This document shows, piece after piece, positions 8,831-18,191 of a DNA stretch of 50,033 bases. Under the pieces are notes generated by a model. That model did no database searches. It was not told the origin of the DNA and saw nothing but the letters and a program-made list of their open reading frames with translations. The stretch comes from an uncultured Armatimonadia bacterium. GTDB lineage: Bacteria > Armatimonadota > Zipacnadia > Zipacnadales > UBA11051. The stretch spans positions 1 through 50,033 of the forward strand of contig CAZZDO010000002.1 of assembly GCA_964653205.1 (NCBI GenBank), given 5' to 3'. The translations under genes and the position numbers were made by a program. The first letter of the stretch is position 1. Every line of letters begins with the position of its first letter.

Positions 8831-10060
8831 CTACCACGCTTCCTTCCACGCCGCGATGAGCGTCTCGACACCCTCCCATGGCGTGTCCGGGAAGAGGGCG
8901 TCCACCGGGTGCAGGATGAAGCGGTTCGTCGGGCCCAGCAGGTCCATGGCGACCTCCACCTCGCGGCGGAGGCGCGCCGGGTCGCCGCTGCCGACACTGA
9001 GCGCGTTCGTGCCCCCGACCAGTGTCATCCGCGAGGCGAGTTCATCCCGCGCCCACGCCAGGTCCACACCGTCCTGCACCGGGTCCACGAAGTACAGCAG
9101 GTCCACGCCGGCGTCGGCCAGGCGCGGCCCGAGCTTCTGGACCCCGGTGGTCATCACATATCCCAGCTTGCGCCCGTGGCGGTGCACGAGTTCGGCCAAC
9201 TCCTGCAGATGAGGGAAGACGTAGCGGTCGAAGAGCGGCGGCGACCAGAAGTCGGTCGAGGAATACCAGCCGCGCTGCACGACGAGGTCCACGTCCGGCG
9301 ACGTGAGGGCCAACTCCGTGCGGGCATAGTCCGTCGCGGCGATGTGGTCCACCAACTGCCCGAAGGCGTCCGGCTGGTCGAGGGCCATCATGATCGCGCC
9401 CTCGGTGCCGGTGAGCCAGACGACGCCGTCCATACCGAAAGCGGACCACGCCTGCACCGCCACGCCCTGCTCGCGAGCGAAGGCGCCGACGACGGCCATG
9501 CGTTCGGCGAACCACTCGCGGGCAGCGGCGTCGGGGGGGCCGTAGAGATAGGGGAGAGCCGGGACGTCGGCGGGGCTGCTGACGGCGTGCTCGACGGCGC
9601 GGGGGATGTTGAAGTCCTCGATCAGCGGCACGCAGTTGGGCTGGATGGGCCAGCCCGGCGGCTCGGGATCGGTCTGTTTGACTGCGTGGCGCAGTGGCCC
9701 CGCGGGGGTCTCATACTCGCGCACGAGGACCGGGTACGGGCCATCTGTCCCGGCGGGCTGGGCGCTGTCCCGATAGGTCACCCGCGGGTCCATGCTCCAC
9801 GGTATCGAGACATCGAGCAGATCATCCACCCCCAGCGACGCCCAGGCCTGGACGCGGCGGAAGTCGTCCTGCAGCGTCCACGGCACCGTGGTGGTGTGCA
9901 GGTGCTCCATGCGCAGAGAGTACCAGTAATCACGCGGCACGCCGTCGGTCTCCCACCTCAGGCGCTCGGGCGCGGGCAGCCCGAAGCACCAGGTGGTCAG
10001 TGGCGTGTGGTCGGCGGGTTGGCCGTTCAGGGCGGCCAGGAGGCGCTCGCGTGAGGTCAT
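8831..10060 (-). CDS. uroporphyrinogen decarboxylase (URO-D) family protein, paralog 1
   Basis: The N-terminus MTSRERLLAALNGQPADHTPL.. and the C-terminal ..LVGGTNALSVGSGDPARLRREV..FILHPVDALFPDTPWEGV.. follow the URO-D/MtaA family layout. Its ATG overlaps the upstream stop as ATGA (10057-10060). Confidence 0.7.
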   Translation of the reverse strand: MTSRERLLAALNGQPADHTPLTTWCFGLPAPERLRWETDGVPRDYWYSLRMEHLHTTTVPWTLQDDFRRVQAWASLGVDDLLDVSIPWSMDPRVTYRDSAQPAGTDGPYPVLVREYETPAGPLRHAVKQTDPEPPGWPIQPNCVPLIEDFNIPRAVEHAVSSPADVPALPYLYGPPDAAAREWFAERMAVVGAFAREQGVAVQAWSAFGMDGVVWLTGTEGAIMMALDQPDAFGQLVDHIAATDYARTELALTSPDVDLVVQRGWYSSTDFWSPPLFDRYVFPHLQELAELVHRHGRKLGYVMTTGVQKLGPRLADAGVDLLYFVDPVQDGVDLAWARDELASRMTLVGGTNALSVGSGDPARLRREVEVAMDLLGPTNRFILHPVDALFPDTPWEGVETLIAAWKEAW

Positions 10061-11187
10061 GGTTGTCTCCCCAGGTTGATGAAGTGCTGCACCCGCGGCA
10101 GCGGCGTGGACGGCGTGATCGGGCTGCCGGTGCTCAGGATGAAGCCGCGGGCCCGGCGTCCGGCCGCCCGTTGCCGCTCGACCTCACGCTCCAGTTGCGC
10201 CTCGGTCCCGTCCTGGAGCACCCCCACCGGGTCCACGTTGCCGAAGATCGTCACCCGGTCGCCGACGCGACAGGCAATCTCGGCCACGTCGTTGACGTAC
10301 CCCTTCATGCTGCACTCAAAGAGCAGCCCGTCGGCGTTCAGCGAGACAATCTGCTCCAGGCGGTCGGCGATACCGCCGAAGTAGATCAGGATGGCCTTGA
10401 GGCCATGCCGGTGGATCTCGTCCACCATCTGCCGCATGTACGGCAGGCTGAAGCGCTCGTAGTGGGCCACGGAGATCATGTCGCAGGTGGTGCAGGCATC
10501 GTCAACATAGACCGCATCGCCCCCGGCCGCGGCGTAGCGGCGGATCGTCTCGATGTTCTGCTCCAGCAGGCGCTGGCTGAGGCACTCGACCAGCCGCGGG
10601 TTCTCCACCAGCAGGGCGTAGAGGTTGGTCAGACCCAGGTAAGCGCTGCACCCGTAGAAGGTACCGACTACACCGCCGTTGAGAATGAACTCCGTCTCCC
10701 CGTAGCAACTAACCACAGCGTCGAGGTAGTCATTCTGGCCGTCGGCGATCATCGCCTCGGCCGCGACCACCGGGACCTGCTCGCGCGCATCGGCCTCGTC
10801 CAGGACCCGCTGCGTCTCATTGGCATGGTAGTCGGTGGCATGGCCGCTGCGGGCAGGCACGTCCAGTTGCTGCCAGGTATCGCCGGTCAGGCCATGCCGC
10901 CAGCCATGCCCGTCCCGTTCCACGAACTCAACTCGCTCGCGACTGGCGCGCGACGGGGCGCCGTCGGGCTGCAGCAGCTCAAAGGGCGTCAGCTCCTGCA
11001 TGAGGCTGAACAACTGCAGATACCGTTCCGGCGAGGAGCCCAGCCACTCGTGCCGACGCCAGGCCGGCAGGCCAGTCAGCTCCGCGAAGTGGTCGTGCCG
11101 GTACAACTGGTGGTAGAGCGAAGTGACCGGGAAGCGGTCGGTCGGGCTGCCCTCGAGCGCCGCATGCACGCGTTCGCGTGAAGTCAT
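10057..11187 (-). CDS. uroporphyrinogen decarboxylase (URO-D) family protein, paralog 2
   Basis: ORF 10057..11205. ATG at 11187 (MTSRERVHAALEGSPTDRFPV..) has GGGAGAG upstream. The C-terminal ..IFGNVDPVGVLQDGTEAQLEREV..GFILSTGSPITPSTP.. is URO-D-like. Confidence 0.7.
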   Translation of the reverse strand: MTSRERVHAALEGSPTDRFPVTSLYHQLYRHDHFAELTGLPAWRRHEWLGSSPERYLQLFSLMQELTPFELLQPDGAPSRASRERVEFVERDGHGWRHGLTGDTWQQLDVPARSGHATDYHANETQRVLDEADAREQVPVVAAEAMIADGQNDYLDAVVSCYGETEFILNGGVVGTFYGCSAYLGLTNLYALLVENPRLVECLSQRLLEQNIETIRRYAAAGGDAVYVDDACTTCDMISVAHYERFSLPYMRQMVDEIHRHGLKAILIYFGGIADRLEQIVSLNADGLLFECSMKGYVNDVAEIACRVGDRVTIFGNVDPVGVLQDGTEAQLEREVERQRAAGRRARGFILSTGSPITPSTPLPRVQHFINLGRQP

Positions 11188-11201
11188 GCTCTCTCCCGCC
11201 A

Positions 11202-14200
11202 TCATGGTCGCGGCGCCGTCAGGCGCACCGTCGCCAGGCTGCGCGGCGCGAGGCGCACCGTGAAGCTGCGGTTGTCATTCGCCCTCACGTCGGCCCCTGC
11301 TGTGTCACTCGCCGTTTCCGTCAGCGACACCATCTGCGCGACGGGCCACGCGCCGAAGCCCAGAGAGACCGTCGAGGTAGCCGTATCGGCCAGCGGGTTC
11401 CACAGGCGCACGATCAGGCCGTCTCCATCCTCGGCGTGCTTGCAGGCCAGGAGCACCAGCGGGTCGCCCTCACAGGCCAGCAGGCTGCTGCTGAGCGAGA
11501 GATGGCCGGGCCGGCGGCGGTCGGTGAAGACCGTCTCCGGTGGCGTCACCGCTTCCCCTCCGAGGCGCACCGCCTCCGCGTCGCTCATCTCGCCGCGCCG
11601 GGTCGTGAGACTGAACCGGAACAGTAGACTGCCGGTCTGGCTGACGGCGAAGTTCGTGCCGAAGTTGTTGGCGCACAGCAGCGAATACAGCCACGCGTGC
11701 TGCAACTGCTCGGCCGTGCCGGGCGGGTGGTGGATGCGCTCGGGCACGCGGCAACTGTGCGCCGGCGAGGTGTAGCCCTCGGTCAGACGGCCCAGCGCGA
11801 CCATCGGCGCGTCGCGGCTGGACCAGAGCACACTCATACCCCCGCCGCTCATCCGCACCCAGTTCTGCACCGCTACCTCGTCCCAGAACGCGCCGGGCAG
11901 GAAGTCCGCCGGCGGGGTCTGCAGGGCCAGCAGGCTCTCGGTGCGGAAGGTCGGCTCGGGGAGCGCGAACGGGAAGGCCAGGTGCACGTCCAGGAGCGGA
12001 GTGGGGTCCTTGAGCAGACGCAGGGCGAGGTCGAGGCGCTTGACGCCGCGCGTGAGCGTCAGCGTCTGGCGCACGTGCGGGTGCCCCGGTGCGGAGGCTG
12101 ACAGGTCGAGGCGCTCGGACACGGCGCCTCGGTGCACGCTCGGGGCGGCCGTGAGGGTGGGCGCGTCGAGCACGCCCTCCGGGGTGCGCACGACCAACTC
12201 GCCAAGGGCGTGCGGAGCCTGCGAGTCGAGCAGTTCACGCTTGGCCTCACGATCAATCACGCTGATGATGCGCCCGGTGTCGCGGTCCGCCTCGACGCGG
12301 TAGAACTCGTTCTCGATGACAGGCTTGCGGCGGCGCGACGGTCGCTTCCTCGGGCGGGGTGTCGGCAGCGGCCGAAGCTGGTAGGTCTTGTACCCGCAGC
12401 CGGGCAAGTCCCGCGCGACGAACCGCAGATCGCGTCCCAGGCCCGAGGGCGTCTCGAAGAAGCCGTAGCGCTTGCCGCCCTGCGCGAGGCCGTGGCGCTG
12501 CGGGGCGTAGGGCAGCGGCGAGTCTGCTGCCACGTCAGTGATCTCGAAGTCCACGGTGTCGCCGGTGGATAGGTCCACGAGGTCGAAGTCGCCGGCGACG
12601 ATCTCGGCGGGCGGGTGCAGATGCCAGCGGTCGGTCAGGGGCATACCGCGCAAGTAGCCGGGGGCGTCGGGCTGGTCGGGGTCGCGGACGAGGGCCATGG
12701 TGCTGCCGCAGTTCTCGATCTCCCGCAGGGGCGTCACGACGGGCGCGGTGCGGGGGTGAGGCAGGGGGTTGAAGACGATGAGGAACAGGCCCTCGCCGGG
12801 CAACTCGATGTGGTCGGCGATGCGGGCCAGCGCCTGTGTCGTGACATCATGCGCCAGCGCCGCCGCGCGGTAGGCATGCGTCTGCTTTTCCAGCGCGGAG
12901 GCTTCGGCGGCCGGCCCGGCCGGGAAGTGATGCCCCCACGTGTGCTCATCGAACCACAGGGCGTCTTCGTAGGCCCGGTCGAGGGCGTCGGCCGGATAGG
13001 TGTGGTCGGTCGTCCCCGCGGCCAACGTGGCCAGCCGTTCGGCGACGAGCAGTTGCACGTGAGCGCCGCGATTGACGGCCGTGGCAGCGGCGGTGGACAT
13101 GCTCCCGACCGGGTAGTCCTGGCCGGGCAATTCCCCGCCGAAGACGGGCAGCGCGTCGGGCAACTGGGGCGCGAGGTCGGCGAAGAAGCGGGCATTGGTA
13201 CTGATCGCCAGCCGCGGGAAGGCCCAGCGGTCGTTCCAGTCGCGCACCGCATCGCAGAAGCCCATGATGTACGGTGAGTTGTCGCGCGCGCCGCCACGCA
13301 CGGGCCAGTAGACAGCCGTGTAGGGGTAGCCGGCGGCCACGAGCGCCTGCAGCCGCTCCGCCAGCCCGGGCAGGTCGGGGCGGACATCGCCGCCGGTGCC
13401 GCAGTTGTCCCACAGCAGCACGCGTCCACCGGACGGGGCCTCCCACCAGAAGCCCCCCGGCCGGCCCTGCGGAAAGAGCGCGCTCTCGTCCCAGAAGCCC
13501 TGCAGCGGCGGATCGCACCAGTTCCAGTAGCGCGGCAGTTGCGGGCAGAAGAAGCGGATGCCCGCGCCGGCGAGCACCTCGGCCAGGCCCCAACTGATCC
13601 CCGGCACGTCGTTGTGCTCGGCGGTCGTGATCGCGCAGCCGAACCGTCGGGCCAGACGCGCCGACGGGTACAGGGCGCGGATCAGTTCCTCCGGCCCGCA
13701 GATCTCGGTCGTCATGTTGCCGAACAGCGCCGTCAACTCCACGTCACCGGCGCGCAGCAGCGCGCCCATCCGCGCCACGCGTTCCGTGGGGGCCGTGCGC
13801 ACAAACTCCTGCAGCGACCAGGCCTGCTCGATGACCAGCCGGAAGCGCGCCTCGTCCGGGTAGCCCGCCGTGGCCTCGGCCATGTCAATGGCGTCCTCGA
13901 GGAACCGGCAGTGCTCGCGCAGCACCGTCGAGGGCAGGTTGGTGTAGCCGACATCGTGGTGCGAATGCTGGACCACATGCACGCGCAGGTGCGGTGGCGG
14001 CTGGAGCTGGACCGGCCTGCGGTCCAGCGCGCGGTCGCCGGAGCGGAGGCTGAAGACGACCTCACACGACCGTTTCGGCTCGGGGAGGAACAGCTCGTGC
14101 ACCGACTCCCCGCGGGCGGGAAGGACCACCGGGGCCTCAACGCGGCCGGCGGGGCCCTCGGCGACGAGAGTCACGTCCTTGGACTTGCCCGGGTTGGCGA

Positions 14201-14291
14201 TGGTCACGCGCACCAGTTGCCGCAGGCCCTTACCCGCGCGAGCGAGCAGCACCGTCGGGGTGATGGCCAGCAGTTGCGGCGTGGCGCTCAT
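11202..14291 (-). CDS. glycoside hydrolase family 38-like protein (alpha-mannosidase-type N-terminal domain)
   Basis: ORF 11202..14888. ATG at 14291 (MSATPQLL..) overlaps the upstream stop as ATGA, and the 199-codon ORF extension lies inside the preceding gene. VHVVQHSHHDVGYTN matches the GH38 HSHxD metal motif. AEHNDVPGISWG resembles the nucleophile region DPFGHS. Confidence 0.65.
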   Translation of the reverse strand: MSATPQLLAITPTVLLARAGKGLRQLVRVTIANPGKSKDVTLVAEGPAGRVEAPVVLPARGESVHELFLPEPKRSCEVVFSLRSGDRALDRRPVQLQPPPHLRVHVVQHSHHDVGYTNLPSTVLREHCRFLEDAIDMAEATAGYPDEARFRLVIEQAWSLQEFVRTAPTERVARMGALLRAGDVELTALFGNMTTEICGPEELIRALYPSARLARRFGCAITTAEHNDVPGISWGLAEVLAGAGIRFFCPQLPRYWNWCDPPLQGFWDESALFPQGRPGGFWWEAPSGGRVLLWDNCGTGGDVRPDLPGLAERLQALVAAGYPYTAVYWPVRGGARDNSPYIMGFCDAVRDWNDRWAFPRLAISTNARFFADLAPQLPDALPVFGGELPGQDYPVGSMSTAAATAVNRGAHVQLLVAERLATLAAGTTDHTYPADALDRAYEDALWFDEHTWGHHFPAGPAAEASALEKQTHAYRAAALAHDVTTQALARIADHIELPGEGLFLIVFNPLPHPRTAPVVTPLREIENCGSTMALVRDPDQPDAPGYLRGMPLTDRWHLHPPAEIVAGDFDLVDLSTGDTVDFEITDVAADSPLPYAPQRHGLAQGGKRYGFFETPSGLGRDLRFVARDLPGCGYKTYQLRPLPTPRPRKRPSRRRKPVIENEFYRVEADRDTGRIISVIDREAKRELLDSQAPHALGELVVRTPEGVLDAPTLTAAPSVHRGAVSERLDLSASAPGHPHVRQTLTLTRGVKRLDLALRLLKDPTPLLDVHLAFPFALPEPTFRTESLLALQTPPADFLPGAFWDEVAVQNWVRMSGGGMSVLWSSRDAPMVALGRLTEGYTSPAHSCRVPERIHHPPGTAEQLQHAWLYSLLCANNFGTNFAVSQTGSLLFRFSLTTRRGEMSDAEAVRLGGEAVTPPETVFTDRRRPGHLSLSSSLLACEGDPLVLLACKHAEDGDGLIVRLWNPLADTATSTVSLGFGAWPVAQMVSLTETASDTAGADVRANDNRSFTVRLAPRSLATVRLTAPRP

Positions 14292-15403
14292 GGGCGCACT
14301 CCCGGCGCGCCCCAGAACTGCATGCCGGGGCAGGTGGTGAACTGCCACGCGATGTGGTCCGGCACGCTGCCCGGCACCGCCGTGTCGGCGATCGCCAGCG
14401 AGAGCAGGCGGAACCACGTGGGGAACATCGCGCCGTGGTCGGCTTCGCCGCGCAGTTGCGGGTGCCCGTACTCGAAGGGGCGGTGCTTGATGAAGACAAA
14501 GCCGCCGTCGGGCGTCTGGTTGGTCAGGACCCACTGCGCGCCGGTGCGGATGGCCGCGCGGCCCTCGTCCGCCCGGTGCGTCGTCTGCCCGAGCATCCGC
14601 GCCAGCGGGTCGAGGGAGTCGATGTCCTCGCACGCGCTGCTGACGAAAGGCTCGGCCGGGTTGTGCACACCCCAGCCGAAGCCGCCGAGGGGGTTCTGCG
14701 TGGCCAGGACGGTGTCGAGCGCGCGCTCGACGTGCGGGAACGGACGGCCGTCGTAGGCCAACAGCGGCCACCAGTGGTAGGCGGCCTGCACGGCGTGGGA
14801 GCGCCAGATGGGGTCCGTCACGTCCACGTCGCCCCAGACGCCGGTGGCGGGGTCGAGATGGTGGGTCGCCAGCCAGTCGAGCAGGCACGCGACGGCCGCG
14901 CCGGCACGGGCATCGTTGTGGAAGTCGCAGGCATACTGCAACAGCGTGCCCACATTCATGATCTCGTTGCCGCTCCAGCCCACCCGCGCGCCCCAGTCGC
15001 GTTGCTCCAGCCAGGCCACGAGCGCGTTACAGTCGCGCCAGGGGTTGAGCCACGCGAACTCCTTCGCGGCGGTCGCCCCCAACGCCGTCAGCGCGGTGAT
15101 GACATGGCAGGTCAGGTGGGGTCGCCCGCACCAGAGGGGGTCATCGGCATACCAGCCCGTGCCGAAGATGACCGGATCGCGAAAGAGCCCGTCGTCATCC
15201 TGATGGGCGTTCAGATACGCGGCCCAGACGGCGGCATCCGCGTCGCCGAGAGCGTCCAGCAGCCCCCGCGCCATGGCGGCGTAGGAGGACGAGTACAGCG
15301 TCGGCTCGGTGCAGGCGAGCGAATACCGGTACCGCCCCGGCCCGAGTTCCGGCAGGGCGCAGGAGGCGATGAAGCCCAGCACACCGGCGCGCAGGTCGCT
15401 CAT
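14288..15403 (-). CDS. alpha/alpha-toroid repeat protein (prenyltransferase/squalene-cyclase-like repeats)
   Basis: ORF 14288..15742. ATG at 15403 (MSDLRAGVLG..) overlaps the upstream stop as TGATG. The motifs AHQDDDGLFRD, ATQNPLGGFGW and TNQTPDGGFVF are spaced as in terpene-cyclase/prenyltransferase-type toroids. Confidence 0.5.
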   Translation of the reverse strand: MSDLRAGVLGFIASCALPELGPGRYRYSLACTEPTLYSSSYAAMARGLLDALGDADAAVWAAYLNAHQDDDGLFRDPVIFGTGWYADDPLWCGRPHLTCHVITALTALGATAAKEFAWLNPWRDCNALVAWLEQRDWGARVGWSGNEIMNVGTLLQYACDFHNDARAGAAVACLLDWLATHHLDPATGVWGDVDVTDPIWRSHAVQAAYHWWPLLAYDGRPFPHVERALDTVLATQNPLGGFGWGVHNPAEPFVSSACEDIDSLDPLARMLGQTTHRADEGRAAIRTGAQWVLTNQTPDGGFVFIKHRPFEYGHPQLRGEADHGAMFPTWFRLLSLAIADTAVPGSVPDHIAWQFTTCPGMQFWGAPGVRP

Positions 15404-18165
15404 CAGGCCAACCCCACGCTGGCCGGCGTGATGTTCCAGCCGTCGAGGGCTACGGTCAGCGGCCCGTCCACGGCGGGCAACTCCACGGTGAGGTCCTTGC
15501 TCTCGCCGGGCAACAGGGAGAAGTAGTTGTCGCTCCAGAAGGCGGGGAGGACTTCGACGCCGTCGCGAAGTACCCGCGCACGGACGAAGAAGGCCAACTG
15601 GCCCGTCTCGTTGCGCACCTGCACCGCCACGCGGTCGCCGGTGCGGCTGGTTGACAACGCCAACTCCACCGGCGGCAGGTCGGCCAGCTCGCCCAGGCAT
15701 GGGGTTTGCCGCGGGGTCATCATGGGCTTGTTGGCGGGCCACGTGAGGAACTCCGCCGGGTCGAAGTGCACGTCCACATCCTCCAGCCGCGCCGACAGCC
15801 AGTAGAAGTTGTCGGCGAGAAGCTGGCCGGCCCCGTCGCGCAGTTCGAGCTTCACGAAGTACACCGGCAGCGCGACGAACGACTCCGGAAGCTCCAGCAC
15901 AAAGAGGTCCCGGCAGCCATTGGCCGGCAGGTCCACGGCCAGGCTCTGCTCCACAAGAACGTTCAGGTCCATGTCATAGGCCACGGCGCGGGCCTGCAGC
16001 CCCGGCGCGTCGGCCAGCGTGCTGTTGACGGCGATGACCTGGCGGTCCAGCGGCGAGAGTTGGAGGGCGAACGGCGCGCAGGCCTTGCGGATGGCGTAGA
16101 GGCTGACCATCGGCCGCAGGTACCAGTCGTAGAGCTGCCACTGGATGTCCGGGAAGGCGCTGTTGATCTTCCATTCGCCAAAGCCGCTGGTGAGGCTCCA
16201 CATGCGGTGGTGGACGGCCTCGAAGAACCCGCGGTGCTGGTCGTAGGTCGTCAGGTGAGCCTTCCAGACATAGTCCGACAGGTCGCCTGGCTCGCCGTAC
16301 AGCAGGCGCAGGCCGCGGTCGAACCACTCGTAATAGCTGTTGGCCCCGTAGTGCGCCCAGGCGGCGTCCAGCGGCCAGCGGGGGTCGTCGCCGGGATTGG
16401 CGCCCAGGGCGGCGAGGTGGGGCATGAACTGCAGCAGGCTCTCCACCGGCGGCACCGACGCCGCCCCGCTCTCGATCATGAACATCCAGTTGCGGAAGTC
16501 GCGCACGAGCTGGTAGTAGCCCGCCGGGAGTTGCCAACTGTACGTCTTGGGCATGTAGTCGTTGCAGCCGACGGGCAGCTCGCGGGCGAACCACGCCGGC
16601 GTGCCCGTGCGATACGACGGGAACGAGCCGGAGGGGATCAGGAAGCGATCGGGGTCGTAGCGCAGCACCGTGCGGCGCCACATCTCATAGACATCCTCGC
16701 GGGTCTCGCCCTCGTTCTGCGCCATGTTGATGATCAGCGACGGGTGGTTGCGGTAGCGCTTGGCGATGTCCACGGTGCAGTCTTCGAGCAGCGCCACGTC
16801 AATGTTCCAGGGGCGGTTGTATTGCAGCCAGTAGCAGTCGTAGTAGCAGTTCCAGATCATCAGGCCCAGCTCGTCGCACAGGTCCAGATACCAGTCGGGC
16901 GGGTTGGGGATGTCCTCGAAGACGACGTAGTTGAAGTTGGCGTGGGCGAGGTAGCGCAACTCGGCCGCCACGCGCTCGCGGTTCCAGTCGAACATCATCT
17001 CCGGCTGGACGTAGCCCCCGCGCTGGAAGATCAGCTCCCCGTTGACCCGCAGGCGGAAGCCGTGGGCGCCGTCCACTTCGTGCAACTCCCGGTCCAGGCG
17101 GCGGATGCCGAAGCGCGTCTGAGTGCTGGTAGTGGCGCGATTCATCGCGCCCGCGGGCGTGAAGTTCAGTTCAAGCCCATACAGTGGCTGCGCGCCGTAC
17201 GTGTTCGGCCACCAGAGCTGTGGGTCAGCGAGTGACAGTTCGGGCGCATCGGTCGGCGTGATCGTGATCTCCCGCGTCTCGTGGCTGAGCAGCGTCACGG
17301 GGCGGGAGAAGGCAGCGACCTGCCGGCCATCGGGGTCGGTGATGACGCCCGCCAGCGTCCCGCGCACGGTGGCGGCGGTGGCGTTGGTGAGTTCCGCCGA
17401 GACCGTCAGCCGCGCCGACGGAAAAATGGGGTCAGACCCTATTTTCTCGAGTTCGCTGCGCACGAACGGATGGCGCACATCCACCGGCCCCGTGAAGTCG
17501 AGCCAGACCTCCTGCACCAGCCCCAGGTTGCGGTCGGGCACCGTCGGAAAGCAGTCGTAGCCGACGGACATGACTTCGGTCACATCGTTGCACAGGTCAG
17601 TGCGGAAGTCGCGGACCTGGCCGAAGACCTCGACCTGGGTCTGCGGGTCGCCGGGATGGTCCACGGGGTGGATGAGAATGGCCAGCGCGTTCGTCCCGGC
17701 CTGCACATGGTCCGTCAGGTCCAGGCGGAAGCGCTGGAACATCCCTGCGACTTGCTCGCGATCCGCGATCTGCGTCCCGTTGACCCACACATCGGCCCGG
17801 TAGTTGAGGCAGTCGAGGTTGAGCCACACCCGTTGGCCCTCGGTCAAAGCGGGCAGGTCGCACTCGACGCGATACCACCAGGGGTCGCGCCAGGGGTTGC
17901 GGCCGTCGGGCAAGTGGCTGTACTGGGCGAGGTCCTGCTGTTCGTTGAAAGTGTCCGAGGAGTCGGGCACGCGAAAGGCATTCGGCCACACGCGCACATC
18001 AGGGTACGTGCCGTCCTTGATGAGCGCGCACAGGACGGTGCGCGGGGCCTCGGTCTCGTGCCAGCCTTCCAGCGCGACGCCGGGACGGGACAGTGTCGCG
18101 CCCTCACGCGGGTCCACAAACGAACTCTGCAGCTTCCAGCCGTGACGCAACTCAGAGCGCATCAT
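15403..18165 (-). CDS. glycoside hydrolase family 2, large form (beta-mannosidase/exo-beta-glucosaminidase-like)
   Basis: 920 aa. It has an N-terminal sugar-binding-like region (GWHETEAPRTVLCALIKDGTYPD) and an acid/base-region motif NHPSLIINMAQNEGE. It is the first gene of the coupled operon, with a GGAGAA RBS upstream. Confidence 0.75.
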   Translation of the reverse strand: MMRSELRHGWKLQSSFVDPREGATLSRPGVALEGWHETEAPRTVLCALIKDGTYPDVRVWPNAFRVPDSSDTFNEQQDLAQYSHLPDGRNPWRDPWWYRVECDLPALTEGQRVWLNLDCLNYRADVWVNGTQIADREQVAGMFQRFRLDLTDHVQAGTNALAILIHPVDHPGDPQTQVEVFGQVRDFRTDLCNDVTEVMSVGYDCFPTVPDRNLGLVQEVWLDFTGPVDVRHPFVRSELEKIGSDPIFPSARLTVSAELTNATAATVRGTLAGVITDPDGRQVAAFSRPVTLLSHETREITITPTDAPELSLADPQLWWPNTYGAQPLYGLELNFTPAGAMNRATTSTQTRFGIRRLDRELHEVDGAHGFRLRVNGELIFQRGGYVQPEMMFDWNRERVAAELRYLAHANFNYVVFEDIPNPPDWYLDLCDELGLMIWNCYYDCYWLQYNRPWNIDVALLEDCTVDIAKRYRNHPSLIINMAQNEGETREDVYEMWRRTVLRYDPDRFLIPSGSFPSYRTGTPAWFARELPVGCNDYMPKTYSWQLPAGYYQLVRDFRNWMFMIESGAASVPPVESLLQFMPHLAALGANPGDDPRWPLDAAWAHYGANSYYEWFDRGLRLLYGEPGDLSDYVWKAHLTTYDQHRGFFEAVHHRMWSLTSGFGEWKINSAFPDIQWQLYDWYLRPMVSLYAIRKACAPFALQLSPLDRQVIAVNSTLADAPGLQARAVAYDMDLNVLVEQSLAVDLPANGCRDLFVLELPESFVALPVYFVKLELRDGAGQLLADNFYWLSARLEDVDVHFDPAEFLTWPANKPMMTPRQTPCLGELADLPPVELALSTSRTGDRVAVQVRNETGQLAFFVRARVLRDGVEVLPAFWSDNYFSLLPGESKDLTVELPAVDGPLTVALDGWNITPASVGLA

Positions 18166-18191
18166 GGATCACCATTCTCCGGGATGGGTTG

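Noticed and set aside
14292-14888. N-terminal extensions of several track ORFs: 11202..14888, 14288..15742, 5763..7340, 19929..23879, 23073..26873, 26390..27919, 38115..39656, 47027..48331, 49096..49998, 40428..41090.
   Set aside because: The extensions overlap the preceding gene or an intergenic region and are R/P/G-rich with no signal or domain. Internal starts with good RBS, signal peptides or ATGA/TGATG coupling give the expected N-termini.
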